Assembly (NCBI RefSeq): GCF_009914755.1
Contig: NC_060940.1
Origin: the human T2T-CHM13v2.0 reference genome, Homo sapiens
Length of the DNA stretch: 64,000 nt
Reading direction: 5' to 3' (one strand)
The notes under the pieces are model-generated. The model was not told where the DNA came from. It searched no databases and saw only the letters and a program-made list of their open reading frames with translations. Of the stretch, positions 1-12,650 are shown in pieces (within the stretch, counting starts at the first letter, position 1; every line of letters starts with the position of its first letter). The translations under genes were made by a program, and so were the position numbers.

Positions 1-1345
1 CTCAGCAATGAGTGATTCAATAGAAAATCACTCATCATTCCAAAAACCAGAAAGATCTCAAACTGAATGAAAAACAATCTCTAGAGGCTAACACCAAGAT
101 GAACAAAATATTAGAATTATCTGGAAAACATATTAGAACAGCCATCACAAAAATCCTTCAATTAGTAGTTACAAACACACTGAAAAAATTTAAAAAGAAG
201 TCTCAGCAAAGAAATGGAATACCTCAACCCAAAAAAAGAACAAGAAAAAGTAAATAAAAAATAGAACTTGATGGAAATTCTAAAACTGAAAAAAAAATGA
301 AATAAAAAAATGAATGAGATTAGCAGCAGAATAGAGGACATAGAAAAAAATTGTTGAACTAGAAAGAAAACAATCAAAATTACACTATCTGAACTACAAA
401 GAGAACATAAATTAAAGCAAAGGAACAGAAGCTCAGGGACCTGAGGAAACGTAAAAGATGACATCCATGTTATCAGCATTCCAGAAATTGAAGAAAAAAT
501 GAGTAGGGCTAAGAAATATTAAAAGGAATAATGCCTAAAAACTTTCCAAATTGTTCAAAAGAAACAAACCCATGGATTCAAGTGGCTAAGTAAACCCCAA
601 ATAGGATAAACCTTAAAAAATCCACACCAAGAACATCATAGTCAATCGTCTGAAAACTAAAGACAAAGTAAAAAACTAAAGACAAAGTAAAAAACTAAAG
701 ACAAAGTAAAAAGACACAATAATTTACCTTAGGGGACACTTTGAATAACAGTAGATTTATTATCAGAAACCATGGAGACCAGAAGAAAGTGGCACGACAT
801 GCTTTAAAGGCTAAAAGACCTACTAACTCAGCAAAATTATCCTCCTCTTGAGTTTTCTAAATTATATTTGATGCTTGAAGCAATAATTATAATACTATTT
901 GATATGGTTCTAAATGTATGTAGAGGAAATATTTAATACAATTATATCACAATCCTTAGAGAGTAAAAAAGTGTAAATAGAGGTAGGATTTATACATTTC
1001 ACTAGTAATGGCAAAATGATAACACCCATAGACTTGATAATATTATATAAATATGTATGAGTATATATATATATATGTATGCATATGTGTATGTACGCAT
1101 ATATGTGTATACATAATAACTTCATCAACTACTTAAAAAGCTATACAAAGAAATATACTCATAAATAGTATAAATATATATATATATATTTTTAAAATCT
1201 TCCAATAATACACAGAAAGGCAGGAAAAAAAATGGCAAGACAAATAAAAAACTAAAGAACAAACAGAAACAAAAAAAACCAAGGTGGACTTAAGCCCTAA
1301 AATAATGAATTTGAAATTAAATGCAAATAGTTTAAATATACTAAG
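1..1345 (+). mobile_element. Old LINE-1 (L1M-type) fragment: degraded ORF1, inter-ORF region and start of ORF2
   Basis: A-rich plus strand with remnants of ORF1p motifs (ataatgcctaaaactttccaaattg ~IMxxNFPNL; tccacaccaagaacatcatagtc ~STPRHIIV) and ttaaatgcaaatagtttaaat (~LNVNGLN, ORF2 endonuclease start) near 1317-1338. Many stops and frameshifts. Confidence 0.75.
653..709. repeat. Three exact tandem copies of the 19-mer aaaactaaagacaaagtaa
   Basis: Copies at 653-671, 672-690 and 691-709. Confidence 0.95.
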
Positions 1346-1420
1346 GAAGGAGAATTTCAGGGCTTCAGTGGGAGTGAAACTGGCACTGTAACCCATCAGA
1401 AGGGAACAACAAGGAAATGC

Positions 1421-1759
<339 letters not shown>

Positions 1760-2394
1760 TGAGCACTTAGTCTTGTGTGGTAAAGGTCTGAACCCATAGC
1801 TCTTTCCAGAATTGTTGGATTTACTGAAAGTGTTACAGATTAGCATTCACATTACAAAGAATCGTCCAAGATTATACATTTCCAAGATTAAGCATCTTTC
1901 CAGTGCAGGGCCAGCATACAACCTAAGAACAGTTGCCCCTTTTTAACCCTTTCACCCAGGAGATTTTTTTCCAGTTCAGGAGAGAAACTGGTACAGAGAA
2001 TTCAAGGAAATTGGGTAACAGTTAAGCCATGTATCAGGAATTACACAAGCATAGTAGCTACGATGTGAACTCTGCCAGGGAATGTAAGGAGAGGTCTGAC
2101 TTGACTTCTGTTTTGAAAAAGTTTAGGCATATTTCAAGCAACCATGAGGAGGAGCCAGTGTGGAACATACACAAAGGCTCCTATCATTGAATAATAAATA
2201 AAAACCACCAGTGACACTAATATAATTAGCTTCATGTTTCAGGAACACTTCTTGCATACAGATACACAAGTGAATATATTTTTAAATTTGGAGGAAAAAT
2301 ATCTTTAGTAGCTACAAATTTGAATATAAGTGAAAATTTAAACTAACTGCCAATTTGACTTTATTCTATATTATTATATCTTAATTTGTGTCCT

Positions 2395-2762
2395 CATCAC
2401 ATGCTTCTGTGTGAAGAGACCACCAAACAGGCTTTGTGTGAGCCATAAAGCTTTTTAATCACCCATGTGCAGGTGGGCTGAGTCCGCAAAAGGAGTCAGC
2501 AAAGGGAGTTTAGGGGTGGGGCAGTTTTATAGGATTTGGGTGGGTAGTGGAAAATTACAGTCAAAGGGGGTTGTTGTCTTGCGGCCAGGGGCAGGGGTCA
2601 CAAGGTGCTCAGTGGAGGAGCTTCTGATCCAGGAGAAGGAATTTCACAAGATAATGTCATCAGTTAAGGCAGGAACCAGCCATTTTCACATCTTTTGTGA
2701 TTCTTCTGTTGCTTCAGGCCACCTGGATATATATGTGCAGGCTTGGCCTCAGAGGCCTGCCA
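2395..2762 (-). mobile_element. Solo LTR7-family (HERV-H) LTR
   Basis: The reverse complement starts tggcaggcctctgaggccaag and contains ttcctgccttaactgatgacattatcttgtgaaattcc, cctataaaac and cacacaaagcctgtttggtggtctcttcacac, all LTR7 hallmarks. 5-bp TSD gtcct at 2390-2394 and 2763-2767. Confidence 0.9.
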
Positions 2763-2907
2763 GTCCTCATAGATAACCTTTCTTCTAATAAGTATATGAT
2801 TTAGAAGCTGACAGTTTTATATATCTTTTTCTAATGTTTTATCGATATTTTTCTGAAAAATTGAATTATTTTATGTTTATATTATAATTTAATGAAGAGA
2901 GTAATCT

Positions 2908-3084
2908 AGTTCCTTGCTATTTAAAGTGTGGTTTGTGGATTAGCACTATCTACCTCACTTAGGCACTTGATGGAAAAGCAGAAACTCGGGTTCTTCTGAC
3001 CCCAGACCTAATAACCCAGAATCTGTTTTAACAAGATTCCTGTGTCATCCTATGCATGCTAAAGTTTGAGAAACACTTTTCTAG
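2908..3084. mobile_element. MER5A-like hAT-Charlie MITE
   Basis: cccagaccta...agaatctg...ttaacaagattcc...aaagtttgagaaacact resembles MER5A. Confidence 0.65.
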
Positions 3085-3580
3085 TTGATTAAAGTAGAAT
3101 GACAATTGAGTTCATTCAACTCAGGGTTTTTGCTACTTTATCTTTGATAGAATGTATTTGTCCCTTTTCACAGGAAAATAGTAATTCAAAAATTAATGCC
3201 TAAACATTTATATGTAATGAAAAGTGAAAATTTACTCTAAGTACTTATATCAATTGGGATTAAATTTCTTTTTAATTTATTACCTGGCATTTAAATTCAG
3301 GTTTTCAGATGTCTAGGATACATCGGTTTCTCATTTAATAAAAATAAATACTCATTATATATTTCTGAATTTGTATTTTGGCAGGTACTTTCTTCATTAT
3401 TTACTTTTCTTCTTCCTATGTGACTAAATTTTATTCCTGTTTTGTGCCTGTGTTGAGTCTGGCTTCTTCCATCTCAAAAACATCAGTACATATATACCAC
3501 ATGAAATTAAACCCACTGAAGAGCTCACCATTTTATCAAAATAAATGAACCCACTGGTTTTGTACGTAAATGCAAAAAGT

Positions 3581-4954
3581 TGTAAACCAATATAACAATC
3601 TTAAGCCCTGCAACTGACTGAATGGACCCCTCGTGGCCAGGGGGACCCCAAAAAACCTTAAAAACTGAATTCCTGGCCACTGGCCAGGATAAGAAAGGAG
3701 GTCAAACACACTCCCTTATATCCCCACCCTTTTGGAGTTTAGGCACAACTGACCAGCATTTTGGTTAAAATAGAGATAATAAAACTGACCAAACAAACTC
3801 CTTGTGTCAATAAAATACAAAATTATAAATATAAATAATTACCAAGACCTAAAGCTGTGCAAGGAAAGAATTTAGTCACACCCTACAAACCATAAAATAT
3901 TGTTAAATGGACCTTTTCAATTAACCCAGTAAAATATGACTTACTTTTCAAGCTGACTCTGGTAAAGCATCATATGGAAGATAGCAGATCATGAAGGAAA
4001 TCAAAATACTTTACCCCAAAATATGTTTATTTATCATAGTTTGAAATGGCCCTGCAAAGCCATCTTTTGTGGGGGAAATTTATGTCTATACAGAATCATC
4101 ATTAATGCATCCAGGCATTCCCTTTTTAGGCCTTTCTGGGATCAAGAATAGATTAACTGATAGTCTTGACACCTTTAGCTCTGAAAGGAGACCTATTCTC
4201 TCTGAGGGCTGAGACCTTTGAGGCTTTATCTACATAACAAGAGCCTTGGTCCTCACAACCCTTTTATTTTTTATTTTTTTACTTTTTATTTTTTTTTTTC
4301 TGAGACAAAGTCTTGCTCTGTTGGCCAGTCTGGAGTTCAGTGACATGATGATGGCTGACTGCAGCCTCAACCTCCTAGGCTTAAGATATACTCCCTTGTC
4401 AGCCTCCTGAGTAGCTGGGACTACAAGCACATGTCACCATGCCCAGCTAATTTTTTTTTTTTGTATTTTTTGTAGAGATGGGGGTCTCATCATGTTGCCC
4501 AGGCTGGCCTCTAATTCCTGGGCAGAAGTGATCTGCACACCTTGGCCTCTGAAAGTGCCAGGATTATAGATGTGAACCATTGCACCTGGCCAACCTAATT
4601 TTGTTTACTCAAGCATTCCTTTGTACTGACTTCAGGTCTTTAGACAATAGTTTAACTCTCTCAGTCAACTGTTGACTAAGAAATCCCTAAAACCCACCTA
4701 TGACTTGTAAGCCCCCACTGAAACGTCCGGCCTTTTCAGGCCCAACGAATGTTTACCTTACATGTATTAGTTTATGTCTTTGACAGGAACTCCTATCTCC
4801 CTTAAATGTGTGAAACCAAACTGTAACTCGGCTGCCTTGGAACTACTTACTCAAGACTTCTTGGTTTTGTATTTTTCTCTGGGCCACAATCACTCATATT
4901 GGCTTAGAGTAAACCTTTTAAAAATATTTTATAGAGTTTGGTTTTCCATTAACA
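3581..4954 (+). mobile_element. MER4-family ERV1 solo LTR, interrupted by an Alu
   Basis: Starts tgtaaaccaa...ctgaatggacccctc and ends ...atattttatagagtttggttttccattaaca (TG...CA). Approximate 4-bp TSD aagt/aaat. Confidence 0.8.
4262..4591 (-). mobile_element. AluJ-type element inside the MER4 LTR
   Basis: T-rich tail followed by an antisense Alu with old (J-like) diagnostics such as gcagcctcaacctcc. Confidence 0.92.
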
Positions 4955-7900
4955 AAATTATGAAAAACGAAGGCCTTTATTGTTTCATAACAAAAATGAC
5001 TGCTGCAAATTGCCAACAGTCATTTCTGTTATTTCCTTCGGTTTCCTCTATAATTTACGTGCAAATGAACTATCCCTTAATGCATGTTGACCTCAGTATC
5101 TTTTAGTAGATTCTTGTCCATTGTGTCAGGGCTTTGACAAAATGAAGGATGTATTTTTTTGGTCCAGTAGGACATCTTCCTTCTGGCCTTTCTTTTTCCA
5201 GGAAGACTCCATTCTACTGAGAGGACCCAGCTGTAGCCTTGATTGAGGCATTCATTTTACAGCTGGGGTAAGCTTTCTCTGAAATGCAGCTGGAATAGGC
5301 ATTTCAAAGGCCCACAGTGTTATGCAAATGCTTCTATTCTCCATGTGGGCGGCAGAAACCCAGCCAAGTGCCCAGACACACAGGCTGTCAGAATGGAAGA
5401 GGAAATGCATTGCTCAAGACTATCATCATTTTTCTGTTCATCTTTTATCTGAAAAAAAAAAAAAAAATCAGTAAAAGCACATAGAACAACCTAATCACTG
5501 GATGTTATGGCTAAATTGTCTACTTGAAGGGATTATTCATGTTTCTTTGACTCAAACCATGATTACGTTGAAAGATACACAAGGAATTGCCTAGGGGAGA
5601 TGGCGATAGAACAAGATAGAACGAACTCAGTGGCTAGTTTGCCCAGTGAAGCTGTAACTGTTTTGAAGAATGGAAACTTCAGTTATCATGACCTGTTCTC
5701 TTTAAATGTCACAATTATATAATTGCTCTTCACATACACATTTAGTAAAGACCAAACAATGCTAATAATTTTCCTTCTCATATATTTTTCCTGTGGAGAA
5801 AGACTTAGATGACTATCAGATATACCACATAATAAGAGAGTATCTTGTGCTTCATTATAAGGGATAAGTGTGGTGCTCAACACGTATTACTTGAACAAAC
5901 ATTGAATATATACATCCGCATTTCAGTTCAAGCAGGTTAATCTCTGGTGACATTTGTTGGGGTTAAAGGACCTCACCGGATCCCTTCAACTGTAGCTATG
6001 AGATTGAAGGCCATTCCTTTGATCTCCAAAATCAGCCTGTCTATCATGGACCCTTGGAAGCTTGTCTTCCATGGTGATATACTAGCCTTTACCTCATCTT
6101 TCATCATTTGGAAGTACGCTCAGTAGGTGAAAGAAAGAAGCGTAAGTCCATTTTAAAATATCGTAAAACAATCTACAAAAGTCCGATTTCACACTAAGCC
6201 TAGTATATTGTAAACCTTACCTTTCTTATCCAAGAGGATTTGAATAAATTAAGCATACATGAATTATGTTTCACTATTAGGAAAACAAAGTTATTATCAA
6301 TTGTTATCCTCAAATGCCACTGACCAGTATATTTGTTACTTCTATATGCAAGATGTATGTATCTTGTCTTATCTGTCATAATTTGAGTTAGTTTAGAAGA
6401 ATTTTCTGTCTTATCTCCCTAATCAGCATAGCGATGGCAGGACTTTATTGCTTCTCAAATCGCAGTTCTAAACTTTTGATCGCATTTTATTTTGCTTGCT
6501 GATTGTTCCCATGGTGATTTTCTGAATAAAAGAATAATGTCCTTGATCAGAGAAGCCTGGTTTTCATTTTAGAAGGTTAGGTTAATAGTGTTGTATGCTA
6601 CCTTTGAAGCCATTTCATTTCATAGACACAGCTTGACTTTCAGCCACAAGACTTGACAATGAAAAGAGTTTTTTGGTTATATTTGATTATTTCTACCTGG
6701 ATAGTCTGTCTGTTTTCTTCCTATTTGGGGAGTCTGACATCACAGTTTTGAATAGTTGGACAGTTTTCTGTTGTCTACTCCCACTTGTTTTAATGATAGA
6801 CCCAAATAGGGCCAGAACATCTTTTAACTTGTCTATATCATTTAAATAAGCAGAAAAATACAGAGGATAATGTCAGGGCTTGGAGTCAGAAGGTCTTTAA
6901 AGCCCTGGGATTGGCAGGGTCATTGATGGCATCTCCTCCAAAAGCTCATTGTGTGGGCTATGTCTTCAGCATCATTTCCATCAATAAGTCATCTACATCT
7001 TTGATTTTTTAAAGTCATATTGAGAAATTTTTAAATAATATACAAAAAGTCAAAACAAAAAATAAAAGGAAGAACAGAAAGGAGGGAGGGAAGAAATGAG
7101 GAAAGGACAGAAGAAAAGAATGGAAGAAAGAAATTGCCTGCTCTTATTTTTCATCACCTTGAAGTAGCCATATTAGCTCTAGCCCTTCTTGAAGCCTCAT
7201 AGGAATAGAAAACTTGATTTCTAAACAGCTTGTTTTATATTTTGGGCTTTGATTATTTCCTGTAAGGCCTACTTTGGCATTTTGTAGCTTTCACCATTTC
7301 AGCATGTCTAATTTTGAGCTCTTCTGATATTTAAAGAAGATATTATACTTCTATTATTTTTCTCCCAAAAGAACTATGGCATCTTTTCTAAAAACTTTCT
7401 AGGGTATTCAGGTTTGGATATTTGTTGTCATTCCAAAGGCTAGAATTATTTGCTTCTAACAAAAAGATAAGTAAGAAAAGAAAGAAAAATGGATGAGACA
7501 TGCTGCTTGTATCTGAAGAAATAAAGACAGTGACAGCAAAAGAGAATTTAGTTTTACCAAGGGTTCAAAATAGTGACTTGGGGCTAACTCATAATAATAT
7601 AAAGCTGCCAGCATAATACGAAGACCTTGGGTTCCCATAAAAACAATAATAAAACATTACATTATTTTATTACACTTTGCAGATATTGTGTGTTTTACAA
7701 GGGAAAGGTTTGTGAAAACCCTTTTTAAAGCAGGTGTATCAGTACCAGTTTTCCAAAAGTGTGTCCTCACTTCATTTCTCTGTGTCACATTTTGGTAATC
7801 ATTGCAATACCTCAACTTTTTCACTATTTTGGGGTACCACAAACCACACCCATATAAGATGGTGAACTTAATTGATAGATGTGGTGTGCTGACTGCTCCA

Positions 7901-7997
7901 CTGACCTGCCTTTTCCTCAACTCTCTTTCTCTCCTTAGCCCTCCCTGTTTTCCTGAGACATGACAATATTGGAATTCTGCCAGCTAAGAACCCTACA

Positions 7998-10720
7998 ATG
8001 GCCTCTAAGAATTCAAATGAAAGCGAGAGTTACATGTTTGTCACTTTAAATTAAAAACTAGAGATGATTAAGCTTAGCGAGGAAGTCATGCCAACAGCGC
8101 AGATAGGCAAAAAGCAAGTCCCTTGTACCAAACAGCCAAGTTGTGAGTACAAAAGCAAAGTTCTTAAAGGAAACTAAAAGTGCAACTCTGTGAACGCACA
8201 AATTATAAGAAAACAAAACAGCCTTCCCGCTGATTTTGAGGAAGCTTTAGTAGTCTGGATAGAGGATCAAACCAGTCACACCATTTCCTTAAGCCAAAGC
8301 CTAATTCAAGAGCAAGCTCACATCTTGTTCAATACTATGAAGGCTGAGAGAGGTGAGGAAGCTGCAGAAGAAAAGTTTGGAGCCAGCAGAGGTTGGTTGA
8401 TGAGGTTTAAGGAAAGAGGCTGTCTTTGTAACAATAAAGTGCAATGTGAAACAGCAAGGGCTTATACAGAAGCTGCAGCAAGTTATCCAGGAGATCTAGC
8501 TAAGATCCTTGATGAAGGTGGCTGCTCCAAAAAACAGATTTTCAATGGAGATAAAACAAAGTTCTATCAGAAGAAGATACCATCTACTACTTACTTCATA
8601 GCTAGAGAGCAGAAGTCAATGTCTGTTGTGGGAAGTCAGGGACCCCGAATGGAGGGACCGGCTGGAGCTGCAGCAGAGGAACATAAATTGTGAAGATTTC
8701 ACGGACATTTCATAGTTCCCAAATAATACTTTCATAATTTCTTAAGCCTGTCTTACTTTAATCTCTTAATCCTGTTATCTTTGTAAGCTGAGGATGTACA
8801 CCACCTCAGGGCCACTATGATAATTGTGTTAACTGTACAAATTGATTGTAAAACATGTGTTTGAACAATATGAAATCAGTGCACCTTGAAAAAGAACAGA
8901 ATAACAGTGATTTCTAGGGAATAAGGGAAGACAGCCATAAGGTCTGACTGCCTGCGGGGTTGGGCAAAATAGAGCCATATTTTTCTTCTTGCAGAGAGCC
9001 TATAAACGGACTTGCAAGGAGGGAAGGTATCGGTAAATACTTTTCCTAGCAAGGGATATTAATAATTAATACCCTGGGGTAGGAATTGCATTTCTCGGGG
9101 GAGGTCTATAAATGGCCATCTATAAATGGCCACTCTGGCAGTGTCTGTCTTATGTGGTTGAGATAAGGACCGAAATAAGCCCTGGTCTCCTGCAGTACCC
9201 TCAGGCTTACTAGGGTGGGGAAAAAACCCCACCATGGTAAATTTGAGGTCAGATCAGTTCTCTGCTCTTGAACCCTGTTTTCTGTTGTTTAAGATGTTTA
9301 TCAAGACAACACCTGCACAGCCGAACATAGACCCTTATTAGTAGTTCTGTTTTGCCTTTTGTCCTGTTTCCTCAGAAGCATGTGATCTTTGTTCTTCTTT
9401 TTGCCCTTTGAAGCATATGATCTTTGTGACCTACTGCCTGTTCTTGCACCCCCTCCCCTTTTGAAATCCTTAATAAAACTTGCTGGCTTTAAGGCTCAGG
9501 TTGGCATCAGGGTCCTACCAATATGTGATGTCACCCCTGGTAGCCCATCTATAAAATTCTTCTCTTTGTGCTCTTTCTCTTTATTTCTCAGACTGGCCGA
9601 CACTTATGGAAAATAGAAAGAACCTACATTGAAATATTGTGGGCAGGTTTCCCCGATAAATGTCTGGCTTCAAAGCTTCAAAGGACAGGCTGACACTCGT
9701 GTTAGGGGCCATTGAAGCTGATGACTTTAAGGTGAAGCCAGTACTCATTTAACATGTCAAAAACCCTAGGGTTCTTAAGAACTATGCTCACTCTCCTCTG
9801 CTTGTGCTCTGTAATGGAAAAAACAAAGCCCGAATGACAGCTCATCTGTTTACATATAGTTTACTGAATATTTTGGGTCCACTGTTGAGCCCTATTGCTT
9901 AGAAGAAACTTTTCAAAATATTACTGTTCATTAACAATGTACCTAGTCACACAAGATCTTTGATGGAGATATTCAAAAAGATTTATCTTGTTTTTATGCT
10001 TGGTCACATAACATCCATTCTGCAGGTTAGTGAGTAGTTTTGACTTTCACATATTATTTAAAACACATATTTTGTTAAAGCCATAGCTGCCACAGATTCT
10101 TCTGAGGCATCTGGGCAAAGAACATTGGCAATTTTTCATAAAGAATTCACCATTCCAGATGCCAGTAAGAACATTTGTGATTCATGGGAGGAGGTAAAAA
10201 TAGTAAAATTTACAGGAGTTAAATCATAGATGACTTGGAAGGGTTCAAGATTTCAGTGGAGGAAGTAACTGCAGATGTGGTGAAAATAGCAAGAGAAATC
10301 GAGTCTGAAGATGTGATTGGCTTGCTGCAATCTCATGATCAAACTTGCATGGATAAGGAGTTGCTTCTCATGGATGAACAATGAAAGTGGTTTATTGAGG
10401 TTGAATCTACTCCTGGTGACGATGCTGTGAACATTGTTGAAATGCCAACAGAGGAATAATACAGAGAATATTACATTGACTTAATTAATAAAGTAGTGGC
10501 AGGGTTTGAGAGTACTGACGCCAATTTTGAGAGAATTTCTATTGTGGCTTGTAAACTGCTATCAAACAGCATCACATGCTACAGAGAAATCTTTTGTGAA
10601 AGGAAGGATCAATCGATGTGGCATACTTCATTGTTGTCTTTGCTACAGCCACCCCAACCTTCCACACCCATTATTCTGATCAGTCAGCAGCCATCGACAT
10701 TGAGGCAAGAACCTCAATAG
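7998..10720 (+). pseudogene. Disrupted Tigger1 transposase (TIGD1-like; CENP-B-type HTH plus DDE domain)
   Basis: ATG at 7998 (MASKNSNESESYMFVTLN*) hits an early TAA. Downstream peptides [21 protein letters not shown] and YREIFCERKDQSM...QQPST match Tigger1. The frame is interrupted by the LTR at 8624-9658 and by frameshifts. Confidence 0.9.
8624..9658 (+). mobile_element. MER11 solo LTR (HERV-K11/HML-8), MER11C-like
   Basis: Starts tgttgtgggaagtcagggacccc and ends ggtttccccgata. AATAAA at ~9472. Exact 6-bp TSD aatgtc at 8618-8623 and 9659-9664. Confidence 0.93.
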
Positions 10721-11001
10721 ACTACAGTATGGTATAGACATATCTTTTATATGTGTGGGAAACACCACCACCAAAAAAGTGTGAATTGCTTTACTGTAAT
10801 ACTCACTTTATTGCATTGGCCTGAAACTGAACCTACAATATCTCTGAGGTATGCTGGTATATACATATATACATATAGACATATGACTCTATTGTAGAGC
10901 ATCAAGAAGGATTTTCCACCAAACAGAATCTTATCCATATATTTTCAAGCTAAAAATTTGTAATAACATTAAAAATTAAATGGTAAGAAGAGAAGGAGAA
11001 T

Positions 11002-11318
<317 letters not shown>

Positions 11319-12357
11319 TTAAAAACCAGAAGCTCAAGTTTCTCCAACTAAGCATATTGCATCTGTCAACTCAATTCAACCCAGACTAATAATAATCCCA
11401 ATAACAATGACCTTAGTAAACATTCACCAGGTGGTCAAAGCCATGCTAAAGCATTTTGCATATACTCCCTCATTTCAACTTCATAAAACCAATATGAAGT
11501 TGTACATAACATAAACATAGAGTTACAGATGTTCAGTACACTTCTTGTAGCCATTGGGCTAGTAAATGGGAACCTAAGATTATAAATGCAAAGAATGTCT
11601 GCACTGTAAATATTGTATCTAAAAATCCCTCTGGGACTGCTATGCCTATTCAACTCTATTGGGCATCTCTTCCAAGGTTTTGTCCTGATTCAAAGAATAA
11701 ATACACTAGAGGAATCAACAGTCATAAATGCCCTTGTTGGTATCTGCTTCTTGCTAAAATGCACTCTAAACATGCCAATGAAAGTTTTATATAAATTCCC
11801 CATTCTTCTGCTTGAATCCACATATGACTTCATAACACTTTCATAATGACCCACATGTTCAATGGGACTTTTATGTTCATTTTAATATTGTGTGAGCCAT
11901 AAGAGTACCACATAGTAATTCATCTTTTATTAACAGCATCGACTCAAGGAAAAATTATATTGTCACGGTTCATACTACTAAGAACCATTTATATTCATTC
12001 CATCTCCCTGATTTCCTCTAAATCCTATTTCTACACAATCCTCTGATCTTTTCTTGTTTGAAATATGTTATTCCAGATAAAGCATGCATATCTTTAAAAT
12101 TATAATTTTGTGATTATATAGAAATTTAAATACCATAATTTGTTGAAAACCAGAGTTTGAAAAGAAGACAAGGAATCCAGGGTCCTTGAAACTTAACCAT
12201 GCCATCAAAAGTGAAAGAAGGCTGGCATAATTATATAGACTTTATATTGCATCATATAAATATTACTATAATAATATGCAGAAGGCAGGTTCTACTGACA
12301 ACTGGGTGTTCTCTTCTGTGATTCACTTATCTGTAAAACTAGTAACTTTACTTAAAT

Positions 12358-12650
12358 CACAGTGTTTATTAAAACTCTCAGGTCGTTAGAACCAGGGAGG
12401 TTTGTTAAAAATTGTCTTCTGATAACACTTTTCAGAATAGCCAAGATAATGATGTATCTTAGGTATGTATGCACGTATGAAAAAAATCTATGTATAAGTT
12501 AAATAATGCAGTATTCTTTTTTCAGTATTTGGCTTATTCCATTTAGCATAATGTCCTATTATGTACATAGGTTTGGAGGTAGGTAAGTATTCATCTATTT
12601 TACAGTCTCTCCAGGAGATTCTGATAGGGCTGGTCTTTCAGACTAAATTA
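12358..12650. mobile_element. MER5-like hAT MITE with an internal insert containing L1-derived sequence
   Basis: agaaccagggaggtttgttaaaaat...ccaggagattctgat resembles MER5. The insert at ~12420-12560 includes a copy of 13915-13979. Confidence 0.45.

Larger units (their letters stand above)
7650..10857 (+). mobile_element. Tigger1 (pogo-like DNA transposon), near full length, split by a MER11 LTR
   Basis: 5' region matches Tigger1 (ctctgtgtcacattttggtaat; ccctacaATGgcctctaag). The 3' terminal repeat ...aatatctctgaggtatgctgg is followed by TA. Transposase peptides appear in ORFs 8190-8693 and 10496-10720. Confidence 0.95.
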
